A DNA stretch of 64,000 bases from NCBI GenBank assembly GCA_026395295.1, contig JAPLYZ010000007.1, positions 370-64,369 on the forward strand, in the 5' to 3' direction. Below the pieces are notes generated by a model, which worked only from the letters and a program-made list of their open reading frames with translations, did no database searches and was not told where the DNA came from. The translations under genes and the position numbers were made by a program. This stretch comes from Candidatus Staskawiczbacteria bacterium. GTDB taxonomy: Bacteria; Patescibacteriota; Minisyncoccia; Minisyncoccales; Staskawiczbacteraceae. Below are positions 61,823-64,000 of the stretch, piece after piece (position 1 is the first letter of the stretch; every line of letters starts with the position of its first letter).

Positions 61823-63015
61823 TCAATAGCTCACTCGCGCGCTGGCAAAAGCAGCTTTGATGTCGTCGGCAATTGCTTCCACATTAGCGGAGGCAACTGC
61901 ATAACGGATGTAAGGAGGAAAGTGAACTCCGACAAGGCCGGCGTTCTCAATCATCGTAAAATTGAAGTCTCTGGCGTCTTTAATTTCTTTGCCGAAAGCG
62001 CGTTTCGGCGTCTGCCAAAGAGTGAAGAACCCTGCCTGAGGCTCTAACGCAAGACGCATTCCTGCATTGGTCAGAATTTGGCACAACAGGGACACCCTAC
62101 GCTGATAACGTTCTGCCACAGCCCGAATTAGGACTTTTTCATTTTCCAAAGCATAGAGTGCTCCGACTGCTAAAGGCGCGGCAAATCCGCTGTCAATGTT
62201 TCCTTTGACGGTTTTGATGTCACCGATGAAATCAGGCGACCCTGCCATAGCTCCTACGCGCCATCCGGTTCCATTGGCAATGAGTTTAGAAGCAGAAAAC
62301 GCTTCGGCCCAAGACAAATTGGGAAAACTGGTGGCAACGTCGGTAAGGGTTATGCTTTCACCATAGCTCAAAGCAGAGTAGGCCGCGTCATTGAAAAGCC
62401 TGGTGCCGTTCTTCTCACACCATTGGCAAAGCGATTCCAGCCATTCTCTGTTGGCAACTGCCCCGCTTGGATTGTGTGGATAATTCATCATCACCAACCC
62501 GGGTAATGAAGAACTCATAACGCGTACGAAATCACGTGGATCAAAAAGAAATTTGTTTTCCGGAGTCATTTCCGGCTCAAAAACTCCCTTGCCCAAAGAC
62601 CTACACCTGTCTCTTGGCGTCGGATAGCCGGGATTAGTAGTTGTTGCAACCACCTTCAATCCGGCGCCACACGCCTCAATAATAACTCCCAGCATGGGTT
62701 TGATTCCGGGGATTGGCAGGAAATCAACGTCTGCTCCCTCCTCATAAAATCCCTTCTTCAAATGGCCAGCCACAAACCTTCTGGCAAAGTCAGGAACCCC
62801 GGGGGACGCGTTGTCCTGATATTCGTGCATGGATATTCTTCTTCAGACATCACGGCTTGTGCCGCAGCCCGTCGGGCGCTAAACAAAGCAGGACCTGACG
62901 GCTGACCAATGGAAAGCTTTATCAGCTTAACGCCATTTTGCTGGGCTTGGGCAGACACGGCTTTGATTTCCTGGAACAAATTTGTTCCACCTGTTGGTAA
63001 CTTCGATTCTCTCAT
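61823..63015 (-). pseudogene. Class I aminotransferase (LL-diaminopimelate aminotransferase-like) split by a frameshift
   Basis: ORF 62758..63015 encodes the N-terminus (GTNLFQEIKAVSAQAQQNGVKLIKLSIGQPSGP...AVMSEEE). ORF 61823..62830 continues in another frame (MHEYQDNASPGVPDFARRF...NYPHNPSG...SASKLIANGTGWRVG). The frame change falls at about 62828-62840. Confidence 0.7.
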
Positions 63016-63048
63016 TTTCGTATTTCCTTTCTGGTTCTTCGATTGTTG

Positions 63049-64000
63049 TTATTTAAGTCCTGGCGGAAAAACTATCGCACGAAATAAATCTCCGACTTTC
63101 TCCGCTCGCCGAATCATAACAACGTTTTTGTTAGTGCCATCCTGGTCCAACAGTCCGGCTATCCGCGTGCGACCGTTGTAATTATCAGCCATGGCTCCTG
63201 AATGCGCGCCGGCGTTTCCTGCGACTAAAATGTCTCCGCGCCGAACAGATTTTGGCAGAAGACGCTCTTTGTCAACCGGCGTAAGCCTATCCCAATTCTC
63301 GCACTTCGGACCAACCACGTTGGCAAGATGCCGAGGACCGCTCCGCAACTTTCCATCTGGGGATAGCACATCAATGTGATGATGAGCGCCGTAGAAAGCC
63401 GGGCGCGGACAACCGGTCATTGCCGCTGCAACCCCGATGAAATGCCGATACTTCTGCATAACATGCAAAACCGGATTCACCAGGATTCCGTGGGGACCTG
63501 TAACAAAGCGGCCACACTCAGTAAAAAGCGATGGCATCCAGCCGTATTGACTGTGAAAATCGCGAAAAAGTTTGCTGATTTTTCCGCCGATCCATTCCAA
63601 ATGAAGTTCAGGGTCAGTCGGAAGATAGGGAATACCAAATCCCCCGCCAATGTTGATAAACTCAATCCTGATTACGAGTTTCCGATAAATATGGGCAGCG
63701 ACTTCCAGCATTGAACGGGTCGTTTCCACAAAATATGACGAGTGGCGTTCGTTTGAGCAAATCATTGTGTGGAGACCGAAGTGCTTGGCTCCGCAACCCA
63801 TCGCCGCCGCGTAGGCAGGAATAATCTGTCCGTAGGTTATGCCGTACTTTGATTTATACGGCTCGCCGATGATTGCTCCGCCTTTCCGCAATTTCCCGGG
63901 GTTAATCCGAAAACAAACTGTTTCCGGAAATTTCGGAACCAGCGGAATAAAAGTGATGTCATCCAAGTTCAGGATGCAACCACCGTCGGCTGATGCACAC
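63049..64000 (-). CDS. lysA: PLP-dependent group IV decarboxylase (diaminopimelate decarboxylase-like), N-terminus beyond the right edge
   Basis: The frame stays open to the window end (CASADGGCILNLDDITF...). FINIGGGFGIPY and the C-terminal beta-barrel region (GDILVAGNAGAHSGAMADNYNGRTR) fit this family. Hand count 34/60 G+C at 63361-63420. Confidence 0.6.
   Translation of the reverse strand, partial: CASADGGCILNLDDITFIPLVPKFPETVCFRINPGKLRKGGAIIGEPYKSKYGITYGQIIPAYAAAMGCGAKHFGLHTMICSNERHSSYFVETTRSMLEVAAHIYRKLVIRIEFINIGGGFGIPYLPTDPELHLEWIGGKISKLFRDFHSQYGWMPSLFTECGRFVTGPHGILVNPVLHVMQKYRHFIGVAAAMTGCPRPAFYGAHHHIDVLSPDGKLRSGPRHLANVVGPKCENWDRLTPVDKERLLPKSVRRGDILVAGNAGAHSGAMADNYNGRTRIAGLLDQDGTNKNVVMIRRAEKVGDLFRAIVFPPGLK

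Noticed and set aside
62758-63015. 85-aa ORF as an independent small gene
   Set aside because: Its first ~70 residues are the N-terminus of the aminotransferase that continues in another frame, so it is better explained as a frameshifted single gene.
1-64000. CRISPR arrays, tRNA, rRNA, tmRNA, transposases, integrases, reverse transcriptase (DGR/retron)
   Set aside because: I found no regularly spaced direct repeats and no T-loop/acceptor patterns in any intergenic gap. No ORF carries DDE, tyrosine-recombinase, HUH or RT motifs. The Cas2-like genes are solitary.
1-64000. Alternative genetic code (UGA or UAG reassignment)
   Set aside because: Long family-typical ORFs are obtained with the standard bacterial code. 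TGA (e.g. 408..410), TAA and TAG (e.g. 25408..25410) all terminate genes at expected lengths. Only one in-frame TAG was seen (35093..35095).

Overview
AT-rich, gene-dense bacterial window with almost every gene on the minus strand. Hand counts of 60-nt samples give 23/60 G+C at 5521-5580 and 9/60 at 10201-10260. Gene content suggests a Patescibacteria/CPR-type chromosome; this is an inference, since no database search was possible. Layout: (i) 1-25.3 kb is one large cell-surface glycan locus. It holds GT4/GT2 glycosyltransferases, methyltransferases, a Wzx-like flippase, an O-antigen-ligase-like/TPR protein, a CDP-hexose branch (rfbF plus SDR enzymes plus a DegT aminotransferase) and a nonulosonic-acid branch (NeuB-type synthase, SpsF-type cytidylyltransferase, Gfo/Idh/MocA oxidoreductase). 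(ii) 25.4-30.5 kb holds a GC-richer 1174-aa peptidoglycan-binding repetitive surface protein just downstream of an ECF sigma / anti-sigma-like pair. (iii) 30.5-52.7 kb holds rlmN, a giant secreted hydrolase/lamin-tail/beta-helix protein split by one in-frame TAG, clpB with a CIRCE operator, an AbiE-like toxin-antitoxin pair, htrA, glycosidase and glycosyltransferase genes, and comEC. (iv) 52.7-57.6 kb holds nrdD-nrdG flanked by two paralogous wHTH + Cas2-like (PaaX-type) genes, each bracketed by its own private 36-40 bp palindrome pair. I rate this the most system-like unexplained structure. (v) 57.7-64 kb holds ybeY-ftsA-ftsZ (FtsZ lacks any C-terminal tail), then a GC-rich block with a frameshifted DapL-like aminotransferase and a LysA-like decarboxylase. 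Recurrent unexplained signals are short GC-rich palindromic mini-elements, found both in intergenic DNA and in frame inside three CDSs, and several GC-rich single-gene cassettes with their own promoter and terminator. I found no rRNA, tRNA, CRISPR array, transposase or integrase. All functional calls rest on motif recognition by eye.
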